A DNA stretch of 24,255 nucleotides from Candidatus Micrarchaeota archaeon (GTDB taxonomy: Archaea; Micrarchaeota; Micrarchaeia; Micrarchaeales; Micrarchaeaceae). The notes beneath the pieces are model-generated. The model made no database searches, was not told the DNA's origin, and was given only the letters and a program-made list of their open reading frames with translations. The DNA lies in NCBI GenBank assembly GCA_021850375.1, contig JAJZLZ010000033.1, positions 612-24,866 on the forward strand. Reading direction: 5' to 3'. This document shows, one piece after another, positions 8,383 through 16,573 of the stretch; position 1 is the first letter of the stretch, and each line of letters begins with the position of its first letter. A program made the translations under genes and the position numbers.

Positions 8383-8826
8383 TTGGTGTCTTTGACCGAA
8401 AGAGTCTACTGCTGCGCGCATGAGGATGTTGATAAATTAAAAAAGCGGCTTGACTACGACCCGTATACAGATACTTCCCTAATACCCAGCGCAAAGGCTA
8501 AGATGACACCGGAAGAGGAGAAGGCGTACGACGAAAAAGTCAAGGCGGCGATGGCAAAACTTGCAGAGGATAAATTCTCAAATCTCATATTCGTAAGGCA
8601 GGAGTACAGCTTAAGAGACGGGCGAAGCGTCGGTCTGAATCCGGATATTTATTATTTATATGTCAGCGCACCGGATGCATTCATATTGGAAATGGAGAAA
8701 TTTTTTGCGGAGAAATTCCCAAATATAAAGCGCGCACCGGCAGATGATGAGTCCAAATTTATAAAGCTCTTAAACGAAGAGAAAGAGAAGGCAAATGAAG
8801 GGTTTGGCTCAATATTTGGTAATTGA
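8383..8826 (+). CDS. Hypothetical protein co-transcribed with rps8e
   Basis: 147-aa ORF 1 nt after the rps8e stop and 1 nt before argF. Ends in EEKEKANEGFGSIFGN. Confidence 0.8.
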   Translation: MVSLTERVYCCAHEDVDKLKKRLDYDPYTDTSLIPSAKAKMTPEEEKAYDEKVKAAMAKLAEDKFSNLIFVRQEYSLRDGRSVGLNPDIYYLYVSAPDAFILEMEKFFAEKFPNIKRAPADDESKFIKLLNEEKEKANEGFGSIFGN

Positions 8827-8827
8827 T

Positions 8828-9739
8828 ATGAACCTGCTTGGCATAGATGACCTTGACAAGCAAGATATAAAGAGGATATTTAAGATAGCTGATGGACTGA
8901 TAAGCGGCAGAGAAAAGTTAATGTTAAAAGAGCATTCGACAATAGCACTTCTCTTTACCGAACCTTCAACCCGCACCAGAGTATCTTTTGAGGTTGCGAT
9001 TGCACAATTAGGAGGGCATGCGATATATATAGACAACAAAACATCGCAGCTTTCACGCGGGGAATCGCTATCCGACACTTCTAGAATGCTAAGCCAGTAC
9101 TGCGACTTCATTGCTGTTAGGACACTACAACATGACGCATTGGAAGAGTTTGCTGCGAGCGCGAGCGTACCGGTCATAAACGCGCTGACTTCAAAAGAGC
9201 ATCCGACCCAGGCGCTTGCCGATATATATACAATAATCAAAACGAAGGGAGATTTGAAGGGTTTGCGAATAGCACTAGTAGGAGATATATCGCAAAACAC
9301 TTTTAATTCTCTGATGATAGGCGCGAGCAAGATGGGCGCAGAGATTGCGCTGATCGGGCCCGCGGGCTCTAGGCCCGATGAACATTCCTACGGGCTTGCA
9401 TGTACCTATGGGGATGCATATGTCTACAACGACATAGAGGAGGGTTTAACAGAGGCGGATGTCATCTATACAGATACATTTGTTAGCATGGGCGATGAAG
9501 CCGACGCGGCAATTCGCAGAAGAAAATTTGCACCTTATCAGATTAACGCAAAGGCTCTATCTAGTGCAAAGCAGGATGCAATAGTCATGCATCCGTTGCC
9601 GGCGCATAGGGGAGAGGAGATAACAGATGAAATTATAGACGGCAAACACAGTGTTGTATGGGCCCAGGCGCAGAACAAACTCCATCTGGAAAAGGCGATA
9701 ATGCTCTACATATCAGAACAGACCGAATCAAAATATTAA
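8828..9739 (+). CDS. argF: Ornithine carbamoyltransferase-like transcarbamylase
   Basis: STRTRVSFE, QLSRGESLSDT, VPVINAL...HPTQALAD, and the OTC-type YTDTFVSMG and PAHRGEEIT motifs. Start is ATG 8828. Confidence 0.85.
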   Translation: MNLLGIDDLDKQDIKRIFKIADGLISGREKLMLKEHSTIALLFTEPSTRTRVSFEVAIAQLGGHAIYIDNKTSQLSRGESLSDTSRMLSQYCDFIAVRTLQHDALEEFAASASVPVINALTSKEHPTQALADIYTIIKTKGDLKGLRIALVGDISQNTFNSLMIGASKMGAEIALIGPAGSRPDEHSYGLACTYGDAYVYNDIEEGLTEADVIYTDTFVSMGDEADAAIRRRKFAPYQINAKALSSAKQDAIVMHPLPAHRGEEITDEIIDGKHSVVWAQAQNKLHLEKAIMLYISEQTESKY

Positions 9740-9763
9740 TAATCTTTGCTGAGTTATGATATT

Positions 9764-10414
9764 ATGGATCTTATAGTAAAATCTGCCCTTATTGCTGTGA
9801 TACTTATATTAATTGCAGCAGGAGCTTTCATTTTATTGCAGAAGAGCACCCAGCATCAGCTAACATCAAATGATGCGGTTAGTCTTGTAATAAGTGACTT
9901 GCAGTCCAAAAATCCCAACGCGACTATAACACTAGTCAGCCTTTCCAACTCTACAATACAAAAAAACAGCTGGAATATCGTTGTAAGCGTAGTATATAAC
10001 GCTACGCGCCCATGCCCGACCCTATTAATTGAGGATTTTGACTATCCGGCAACGGGCTTATCTCCATCTACGGAAAACATCTACACTACAAAATGCGAAC
10101 TTTTGAACTACGCATCTGGAGCACCGTCGTATGTTATAAGCTCCCCAGAACTTGCGATTGTGAACTCTTATGACAGCAACTATAGCATAATAAAATCATT
10201 CGTCAATAATTACGGATACAATAACACAAACGTATATGCGCGCTTCTTCCAGAACCTCCAGTCAAACTACACGCATTTGGGGGCTAACTATTCCAATATA
10301 TGGCTTGTGGAATACACCTCTAATATGGCAAACCATTCTGCATACGTATTGATGAGCCAATCCGGTAAAGTGCTTGGCACATACAACGCATCGCCATCAT
10401 CTAGGCTACAGTAG
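9764..10414 (+). CDS. Membrane-anchored secreted glycoprotein, hypothetical
   Basis: N-terminal TM (ALIAVILILIAAGAFILL), one Cys pair, nine N-x-S/T sequons. ATG 9764 preferred over TTG 9746. Confidence 0.8.
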   Translation: MDLIVKSALIAVILILIAAGAFILLQKSTQHQLTSNDAVSLVISDLQSKNPNATITLVSLSNSTIQKNSWNIVVSVVYNATRPCPTLLIEDFDYPATGLSPSTENIYTTKCELLNYASGAPSYVISSPELAIVNSYDSNYSIIKSFVNNYGYNNTNVYARFFQNLQSNYTHLGANYSNIWLVEYTSNMANHSAYVLMSQSGKVLGTYNASPSSRLQ

Positions 10415-10580
10415 TAGATATGATAATTCTAATTGCAATTTTGGCGATTACGGCACGTTGTTTTTTTGATTTAAATTCTAATTTTCGGGCATTTATTTAG
10501 TATTTACTTTAGTATATATTTTTTTATTTATGTATATGCAGCATGTATGTCGTCAGTGTATGCCTGTATTAACGACTATG

Positions 10581-10595
10581 CAAAAGGTTTTTAAA
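10581..10595 (+). promoter_or_regulatory. BRE-TATA promoter of the ftsZ pair
   Basis: CAAAAG-G-TTTTTAAA, ending about 32 nt before ATG 10628. Confidence 0.6.
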
Positions 10596-10627
10596 GCTTA
10601 GCAGTTTAACAGTGTTAGGCGATCTAG

Positions 10628-11686
10628 ATGAACGACATGGTAAGTGATGTCTTCGGACAGGGAAATCAAAGGGAATCTGAGGAGCAGTTCAGCTCCACAC
10701 AAATAAAGATAGTGACTGCAGGTTTTGGAGGCGCGGGATGCAACATAGTAAACAGACTTGTGAATGTAGGCGTAAAGGGCACCGAGTTCGTAGCTGTTAA
10801 CACTGATGCTCAGCATTTCAAGATAATCGACGACCGAATAAAGAAGATATTAATCGGCAGAAGCATAACAAAGGGTTTAGGTGCGGGAGGAGATCCAACA
10901 ATTGGCGCTAAGGCGGCAGAGGTTGACAGGAATCTTCTAGAGCAGGCATTCTCAGGAGCACACCTAGTATTCCTATGCGGAGGAATGGGAGGCGGAACAG
11001 GATCGGGATCAATTGTCGTAGCTGCGCAGATAGCAAAGGAGCAGGGCGCAATTGTAGTTGCAATGGTAACATATCCATTCGACCTTGAGCGCGTAAGAAA
11101 GGTAAAGGCAGAGGAATCGATACAAAAGCTCAGAAAGCACGCGGACAGTGTCATAATACTAGACAACAACAGGCTGGTAAAGCTAGTTCCAAACCTGCCA
11201 ATGAACGATGCGTTTGCACTTGCAGATGCGGTTCTTGCAAAGGCGATTGGAGGGCTTGTATGGACAATAACGCAGCCTAGCCTGATAAACATAGATTTCG
11301 CAGACGTCAGGAGCATAATGGGTGGCGGAGATGTCGGATTCATTGCAGTCGGAAGCGGCAAGGGCACAAACAAGGTTGATGCAGCTGCAGAGGCCGTGCT
11401 GAAGAACAAGCTCTTGGATGTTGACTTCGAAGGAGCATCAGGCGCACTGATACACATATCCGGCGGCGCTTCAATGACAATAGGTGATGCAATAAGGGCG
11501 GGAGAGATAATCTCCGAAAAGATGTCGCCGACATGCAGCCTAAAATGGGGAGCACGGCTTGTACCTGGTTTTGAGGACCAGATAGAGATAGTCGCAATAG
11601 TTACTGGCGTTAAGGGCGCAAGCATTGCGAGCAGGCTCGAAGAGAGGAAGCAGACATCATATGACGGTCTTGAGATGGTAGGTTAA
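10628..11686 (+). CDS. ftsZ: Cell division protein FtsZ (FtsZ2-type), copy A
   Basis: GFGGAGCN, AVNTD, GLGAGGDP, GGMGGGTGSG, TYPFDLER, T7 loop PSLINIDFADV. Confidence 0.97.
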   Translation: MNDMVSDVFGQGNQRESEEQFSSTQIKIVTAGFGGAGCNIVNRLVNVGVKGTEFVAVNTDAQHFKIIDDRIKKILIGRSITKGLGAGGDPTIGAKAAEVDRNLLEQAFSGAHLVFLCGGMGGGTGSGSIVVAAQIAKEQGAIVVAMVTYPFDLERVRKVKAEESIQKLRKHADSVIILDNNRLVKLVPNLPMNDAFALADAVLAKAIGGLVWTITQPSLINIDFADVRSIMGGGDVGFIAVGSGKGTNKVDAAAEAVLKNKLLDVDFEGASGALIHISGGASMTIGDAIRAGEIISEKMSPTCSLKWGARLVPGFEDQIEIVAIVTGVKGASIASRLEERKQTSYDGLEMVG

Positions 11687-11718
11687 TCCTACCTCTTTCT
11701 TTTTATTCTTTTCCTTTC
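11673..11718 (+). terminator. Hairpin plus pyrimidine tract between the two ftsZ genes
   Basis: AGA(T)GGTAGG-TTAAT-CCTACCTCT stem with the stop codon in the loop, followed by TTCTTTTTATTCTTTTCCTTTC. Confidence 0.6.
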
Positions 11719-11738
11719 ATATTATAGCAGGTGTTTTT

Positions 11739-12773
11739 ATGCCGGAGAACTGGGACGAATTTGTACCTAAGATAGCGATTGTTGGAGCAGGGGGCGCAGG
11801 AAGCAACCTTGTAAGCAGGATATATTCCACCGGGATAAAAAGCGCGACTACGATCGCGGTTAACACCGATGTTAATCACTTAAGCATAGTTAAGGCTCAC
11901 AAAAAGCTCTTAATCGGCAGAAGCATAACAAAGGGCATGGGAGCTGGAGGATACCCGGAGATCGGCGCAAAGGCGGCAGATGCTAGCAAAGATGATATAC
12001 GCGCAGCGATATCCGGATATAATATGGTATTTATAAGCGCAGGTATGGGAGGAGGAACAGGAGGAGGCTCGGCAAAGATCATTGCAGATATTGCAAAAGA
12101 GGAGGGAGCCCTTACGGTCGCATTCGTAACATATCCATTCAGCCTTGAGAGGAGCAGGAAGAACAAGGCGGATTGGGGGATTGCAGAATTGACAAAGAGC
12201 GCAGATACTACAATAGTCATAGAAAACGATAAGATTTTAAAATACGCACCGAATTTGCCAATGGATAAGGCATTTGAGCTAATAGACAGCATAGCGTGCA
12301 ATGCAGTAAAGGGCATATCTGACACAATAATGATGCCAAGCCTCATAAATCTAGATTTCGCAGACGTAAGAGCAGTTTTAGGCAATGGAGGAACGGCCGT
12401 TATAAATGTAGGCAACGGATCTGGTCCTGATAAGGTTGAGAAGGCGATAAAATCAACAATAGCACACCCTCTGCTTGATGTCAACATAGAAGGAGCACGC
12501 CATGCGCTGGTCCACGTGAGCGGCGGAGGCGGGCTTACAATAGAGGAGGCCACAAGGATAGGAAAAGGAGTAACAGAGGGCATGGCGGATGATGCCAATG
12601 TCATATTTGGATCAAGGCTCGATGACAATATGAGGGATCAGATACAGGTAATGTCCATAATAGCGGGAGTTAAGCCAAAGATCATGAATGCCTCTTTGCG
12701 AAAGGAGGAGATTCAAATAGCAGCCCCTAGCTCCATTGCAGACTCGGACATTATATCAGACCTTCTATCTTAA
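11739..12773 (+). CDS. ftsZ: Cell division protein FtsZ (FtsZ2-type, divergent), copy B
   Basis: GAGGAGSN, AVNTD, GMGAGGYP, AGMGGGTGGG, TYPFSLER, PSLINLDFADV. AGGTG SD upstream. Confidence 0.96.
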   Translation: MPENWDEFVPKIAIVGAGGAGSNLVSRIYSTGIKSATTIAVNTDVNHLSIVKAHKKLLIGRSITKGMGAGGYPEIGAKAADASKDDIRAAISGYNMVFISAGMGGGTGGGSAKIIADIAKEEGALTVAFVTYPFSLERSRKNKADWGIAELTKSADTTIVIENDKILKYAPNLPMDKAFELIDSIACNAVKGISDTIMMPSLINLDFADVRAVLGNGGTAVINVGNGSGPDKVEKAIKSTIAHPLLDVNIEGARHALVHVSGGGGLTIEEATRIGKGVTEGMADDANVIFGSRLDDNMRDQIQVMSIIAGVKPKIMNASLRKEEIQIAAPSSIADSDIISDLLS

Positions 12774-12886
12774 TAAAATATAAACAGCATCGCGGCACAA
12801 TTGCACAAACAGCGTGGATAAGGCTTATATAATTAGAGGTTAAATAGACTGTGTATTCTGTTTTATAAATACGATAGGTAGTTACA

Positions 12887-13288
12887 ATGGTAGAGGAGGA
12901 AATTCAATTTGCTTCAATGAAAGATGTGAAAGTTGGACGGTTTGTGCTAATAGAAGGCGTTGCATGCAAAGTCGTGGCAATAGACGTCTCAGCGCCGGGC
13001 AAACACGGTTCGGCCAAGATGCGCGTCACAGGCATTGGCATATTTGACGGCCAAAAGAAGACACTTCTAAAGCCCGGCGATGCGGATGTCGAGGTACCTG
13101 TAATAAAGAAGAAAAAGGCTCAGGTCGTATCTGTTAGCGGAAATAGCGCCCAGATAATGGACTCTGAAACATTCGAAGTATATGAAATACCGATAGCCGA
13201 AGAGTTTGCAGGCAAGCTCTCTGCGGGCATCGAAGTTGAGATTATGGAGGCGATGGGTAGGCGCGCTCTATCGAAGATTGGTGGCTGA
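12887..13288 (+). CDS. eif5a: Translation factor aIF-5A
   Basis: Hypusination loop SAPGKHGSAK, followed by GIFDGQKK and AQIMDSETFE. Confidence 0.96.
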   Translation: MVEEEIQFASMKDVKVGRFVLIEGVACKVVAIDVSAPGKHGSAKMRVTGIGIFDGQKKTLLKPGDADVEVPVIKKKKAQVVSVSGNSAQIMDSETFEVYEIPIAEEFAGKLSAGIEVEIMEAMGRRALSKIGG

Positions 13289-13289
13289 T

Positions 13290-13607
13290 ATGGAAGTTAA
13301 AATAACACAAACTAATGAAAACGCACTGCTTCACAGAAAGGAGGTGCATTTTATAGTATTAGGGGAAGCGGCGTTGAAACGCGATGAGCTGAAGGTCGAA
13401 TTATGCAAGAGCATAAATTTAAACCCTGAGGCGACCATAATAGTTAGCATAAAGCAGCACTTTGGATCAAGAAAGTGCACCGGAGTTGCGCACGTGTATG
13501 AAAGCAAGGATATGCTTTTAAACAACGAGAACAGATATCTGCTTGAGAGGCATAAGATAGTTGAAAAGGTTGTGAAGGAGACTAAGGCTGCAAAAGGCAA
13601 GAAGTGA
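13290..13607 (+). CDS. rps24e: 30S ribosomal protein S24e
   Basis: [21 protein letters not shown]...[19 protein letters not shown]...RYLLERH. Start is ATG 13290. Confidence 0.93.
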   Translation: MEVKITQTNENALLHRKEVHFIVLGEAALKRDELKVELCKSINLNPEATIIVSIKQHFGSRKCTGVAHVYESKDMLLNNENRYLLERHKIVEKVVKETKAAKGKK

Positions 13608-13611
13608 TTAT

Positions 13612-13782
13612 ATGGCAGATAAAAAAGAGGCAAAAAAGGTTTTCAAACCCTATGTTGAAGGCAAATTGTGTCCAAGATGCCATGCTAAAATGGCAAACCA
13701 CAAAGACAGGCTTAGCTGCGGTAAATGCAGTTATACCGAATTCAAACACAATGAGAAGGAGAACAAGGAAACTACAACATGA
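13612..13782 (+). CDS. rps27ae: 30S ribosomal protein S27ae
   Basis: The ORF track shows the wrong frame. Manual translation: [56 protein letters not shown], with a CPRC...H.DR..CGKC.YTE zinc finger. Directly after S24e. Confidence 0.93.
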   Translation: MADKKEAKKVFKPYVEGKLCPRCHAKMANHKDRLSCGKCSYTEFKHNEKENKETTT

Positions 13783-14489
13783 TTATGATGCCAAATAACA
13801 TTGCATCATCCAAAAAAAAGAATGCAAACGACCATCCGAACTTGTATAAATCATCAATCTACTTATTTACATCATTTCTTTTGGCAATGTTTATACTCTA
13901 TATAATGCTAACCGCTGCAGGTGCGGTAAATATAAATAATGCAAACATAGCGCTAACGCTATTATTTGAGCTGCTTTTGCCCTTCTCAGTCTTCTCCTAC
14001 ATGTCCAGCAAGGGCATGTCCATTAGAAGCATCATTGAGAATTTGGGCCTATCAAAGAGTAATTTCTCTTCAAAGGCGTTACTCATCGGGCTTGGGATAT
14101 TTGCACTATACATTGTCATTATAATCGCAATAGGGGCATATGCAAGCGCGTCTAAAATTCAAATAAACTCTAATGTTGAAACCGTCATAGGTTCAATGCC
14201 CCTGTTCATGGTGGTCTTCGCTGCCATTATCGCACCGTTCTGCGAGGAGATAATGTTTAGGGGTTTTTTGGTACCTAGAATCGGCATAGTAATAAGCGCG
14301 CTCATATTTGCGGTGCTGCATGGGGGATATATGTCGTATATAGAGCTCTTTATGGCACTGTGGTTTGGACTTATAGCGGGATACGCCTTCAAAAAGCAGC
14401 GCTCGCTATACGCCACAATTTTGCCACACATACTTGTAAACTCCACTACCGCCCTCCTATTGATACACAGCGGCATAGTACCGCTTTGA
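13779..14489 (+). CDS. CPBP (type II CAAX/Abi) intramembrane metalloprotease
   Basis: Multi-TM protein with [20 protein letters not shown] and PHILVN. ATGA overlap with the rps27ae stop. Confidence 0.92.
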   Translation: MIMMPNNIASSKKKNANDHPNLYKSSIYLFTSFLLAMFILYIMLTAAGAVNINNANIALTLLFELLLPFSVFSYMSSKGMSIRSIIENLGLSKSNFSSKALLIGLGIFALYIVIIIAIGAYASASKIQINSNVETVIGSMPLFMVVFAAIIAPFCEEIMFRGFLVPRIGIVISALIFAVLHGGYMSYIELFMALWFGLIAGYAFKKQRSLYATILPHILVNSTTALLLIHSGIVPL

Positions 14490-14504
14490 TATAAGGCGCG
14501 AGTT

Positions 14505-15212
14505 ATGGGCAAAATCAGAGTTATACTTGCAAGCCCTAAATACCAGATTAATTTGGGCTATATCGCAAGGGTTATGAAGAATTTTGGGGTCTATGATTTA
14601 TACATAGCATCTCCTAGGTGCAAAGTAGATGGCAAAACTGCAATAAAATACTCAAAACACGCACATGAGATATTAGAGAATGCAACAATCGTAGAACATA
14701 TAGATGATGCCTTTTTAGGCACAATCCTTGCGACCACAGGGCTTTGGCAAAAGTCCGACGCAGGATTCCACTCAATGCTAAGCCTCTTTGAGCTGAGGGA
14801 TAATAAAAAACTAATAGGCAAAGACGTATCCATAGTAATAGGCAGAGATGATAGTGGCCTTACAAAAGAGGAGATACGCCTATGTGACACGATTGTTTTC
14901 ATAGCCGCAAACGACAAATACCCGGTGATGAATATATCCCATGCGCTTGCTGTTCTGCTATACGAGATTACAGCAGATAGTTATAACACCAAATCAAGAA
15001 TTCTCACGCGCTCATTCGACGCAGATTACAAAAAACGCGCAATGCTGATAGATCTATTTAAAAACCACATAAAAGGCCAAGACCACATAAGGGACAAGCG
15101 TGCCGTTCTTGCTGCGTTTAGACGGGTTGTGGATAGGTCAATGATTTCAGATGAGGAGGCTAATGCTCTGCTCGTAGCGTTTTCAAAAAAGAAAAATAGA
15201 AAACATCTGTGA
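14505..15212 (+). CDS. trmJ: SPOUT tRNA/rRNA methyltransferase, TrmJ/TrmH family
   Basis: PKYQINLGYIARVMKNFG, IVIGRDDSGLTKEEIRLCD, YPVMNISHALAVLLYE, plus a TrmJ-like C-terminal helical domain. Confidence 0.88.
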   Translation: MGKIRVILASPKYQINLGYIARVMKNFGVYDLYIASPRCKVDGKTAIKYSKHAHEILENATIVEHIDDAFLGTILATTGLWQKSDAGFHSMLSLFELRDNKKLIGKDVSIVIGRDDSGLTKEEIRLCDTIVFIAANDKYPVMNISHALAVLLYEITADSYNTKSRILTRSFDADYKKRAMLIDLFKNHIKGQDHIRDKRAVLAAFRRVVDRSMISDEEANALLVAFSKKKNRKHL

Positions 15213-15213
15213 T

Positions 15214-15253
15214 TTAGCGCAGGGGGACATCTTAATTGCCCCGTATGCGCTAA
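15214..15253. terminator. GC-rich stem-loop between convergent trmJ and sepF
   Basis: TTAGCGCA (15214-15221) and TGCGCTAA (15246-15253) form a perfect inverted repeat enclosing GGGG/CCCC. T-rich runs follow on both strands. Confidence 0.55.
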
Positions 15254-15290
15254 TTTTATCAAAGATGCAATAAATGATGCGCCAATAGGT

Positions 15291-15671
15291 TTAGCGAGGC
15301 TTTTGCGACTTCTTTGTCTTTATTATCTTTATCTTCGAAGGAGTTATAAGAACCTTATCCTCGTCTATTCTTGCTATGTCGCCGCCCATGCGATCAACAT
15401 AGACCCTTAGCTCATCTATTACGCCCTTTAGAGTATTAGGCCTTTTAGCCATCTCGGATATGTTCATGAGTATTATGTTCGCAGAGGACAGCTCTTTCTT
15501 TATGAGCTCGACATCTGTCTGCTGCTGTAGCGCCACGGGCTTTATATAATGGTCTGCCGGCTCGTGCATGACATCGACGTCGTCCATTTCTGCGACGTTC
15601 ATATATTCCTCAACATCCATGCTCTTTGTAGGCATTCCCATTTTCTTCCCAATCTTTTCAAAAATGCTCAT
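15291..15671 (-). CDS. sepF: Cell division protein SepF
   Basis: IKPVALQQQTDVELIKKELSSANIILMNIS...VIDELRVYVDRMGGDIARIDEDKVLITPSKIKI matches the archaeal SepF core. GGTG SD before ATG 15671. Confidence 0.92.
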   Translation of the reverse strand: MSIFEKIGKKMGMPTKSMDVEEYMNVAEMDDVDVMHEPADHYIKPVALQQQTDVELIKKELSSANIILMNISEMAKRPNTLKGVIDELRVYVDRMGGDIARIDEDKVLITPSKIKIIKTKKSQKPR

Positions 15672-15818
15672 CCATACACCTTGATACTTAGTCAACTTCT
15701 ATTTATATATTATTAACGCTTTTTAATACTTTCGATATAAACATTATACTTCCAATGTTACAATCTATGCATTATAGCACAGAAAATATTATAGACATTG
15801 CTATTCAAGTCTCATTAT

Positions 15819-16187
15819 ATGGGGATCGAGATCTGCATTAAAAGGGTTTATGACGACTATGACGTCAGGGACGGCACCGCAATACTTGTAGACCGCTTAT
15901 GGCCAAGGGGCGTGCGCAAGCACAATCCTAACGTCGACATATGGATAAAGGACATCGCGCCAACTAACGAACTGAGGAAGTGGTACTCGCACAATCCCAA
16001 GAAATGGGTGGATTTCAAGAGAAAATATATTAAAGAGCTACGCGCAAACCCGGCGCTAGAGAGGGTCATGGATATTGTCTTAAGCTCTCAGAAAACCACG
16101 CTGATGTATGCTTCCAAAGACCTGAAGCACAACAACGCAATTGTGCTGCGCAATTTCCTCGCAAAACGCCTGAATATACGAAGGTAG
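15819..16187 (+). CDS. DUF488 (YeaO-like) protein
   Basis: IKRVYD...DGTAILVDRLWPRGVRK...WIKDIAPTNELRKWYSH...F..KY..EL...NNAIVL. Start is ATG 15819. Confidence 0.9.
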   Translation: MGIEICIKRVYDDYDVRDGTAILVDRLWPRGVRKHNPNVDIWIKDIAPTNELRKWYSHNPKKWVDFKRKYIKELRANPALERVMDIVLSSQKTTLMYASKDLKHNNAIVLRNFLAKRLNIRR

Positions 16188-16194
16188 CATTTAC

Positions 16195-16569
16195 TTGAAT
16201 CGCATAATAGTTGATACAAGCTCTATACTCTTTGGCTTTGCCAACAGGCACAGCGTATTCGAATCCCTATCAAAATTGGATGTAAAGTACATGCCGATGG
16301 TTTCGAAAGGTATAATAAATGAGCTGAGCATAATATCAAAGAACAGCGGTGCAAAAGGCGCGAGCGCCAGGGCAGGCTTGATGGAGATTTCGGCTAAACA
16401 TGTAGAGGTCGAAGATTCTGAGATTTATCCGGACAAATGGATATTCAAGCGTGCATCAAAAGGCGATGTTGCTGTCGTGACAAACGATACGCAGCTCGCA
16501 AGGAAACTTGCGCGCTCGACTGTTGTGCTTAAGCTGTCAAAGGATGGCACTCTGAAAAATTTTTGGTGA
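16195..16569 (+). CDS. PIN-domain protein (Fcf1/Utp24-like)
   Basis: IIVDTSS, INEL, YPDKWI and VVTNDTQL retain the acidic tetrad. Canonical position upstream of rpo7. Confidence 0.88.
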   Translation: MNRIIVDTSSILFGFANRHSVFESLSKLDVKYMPMVSKGIINELSIISKNSGAKGASARAGLMEISAKHVEVEDSEIYPDKWIFKRASKGDVAVVTNDTQLARKLARSTVVLKLSKDGTLKNFW

Positions 16570-16573
16570 ACAA

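Noticed and set aside
8828-9739. Calling this gene pyrB because of HPLP
   Set aside because: It lacks the ATC aspartate-binding GRT and TRxQxER motifs and has the OTC SMG loop.
10420-10500. 26-aa hydrophobic ORF MIILIAILAITARCFFDLNSNFRAFI upstream of ftsZ
   Set aside because: Too short, no SD or family resemblance, and expected by chance in T-rich DNA. It is not RHH-like.
10810-12628. Long antisense ORFs (271 aa and 243 aa) opposite both ftsZ genes
   Set aside because: Mirror-frame shadows typical of Gly/Ala-rich genes with biased codons; no motif, promoter or SD support.
13604-13798. 64-aa ORF MIIWQIKK in the track
   Set aside because: Wrong frame. The overlapping frame 13612-13782 encodes S27ae.
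15709-15728. TATTAA-N6-TTAATA inverted repeat at the sepF promoter as a division-regulon operator
   Set aside because: All-AT arms in a very AT-rich region; only a half-site occurs at the ftsZ promoter.
15819-16569. DUF488 plus PIN as a toxin-antitoxin or defence pair
   Set aside because: The PIN gene is the conserved Fcf1-like gene normally found before rpo7, not a VapC with an antitoxin.
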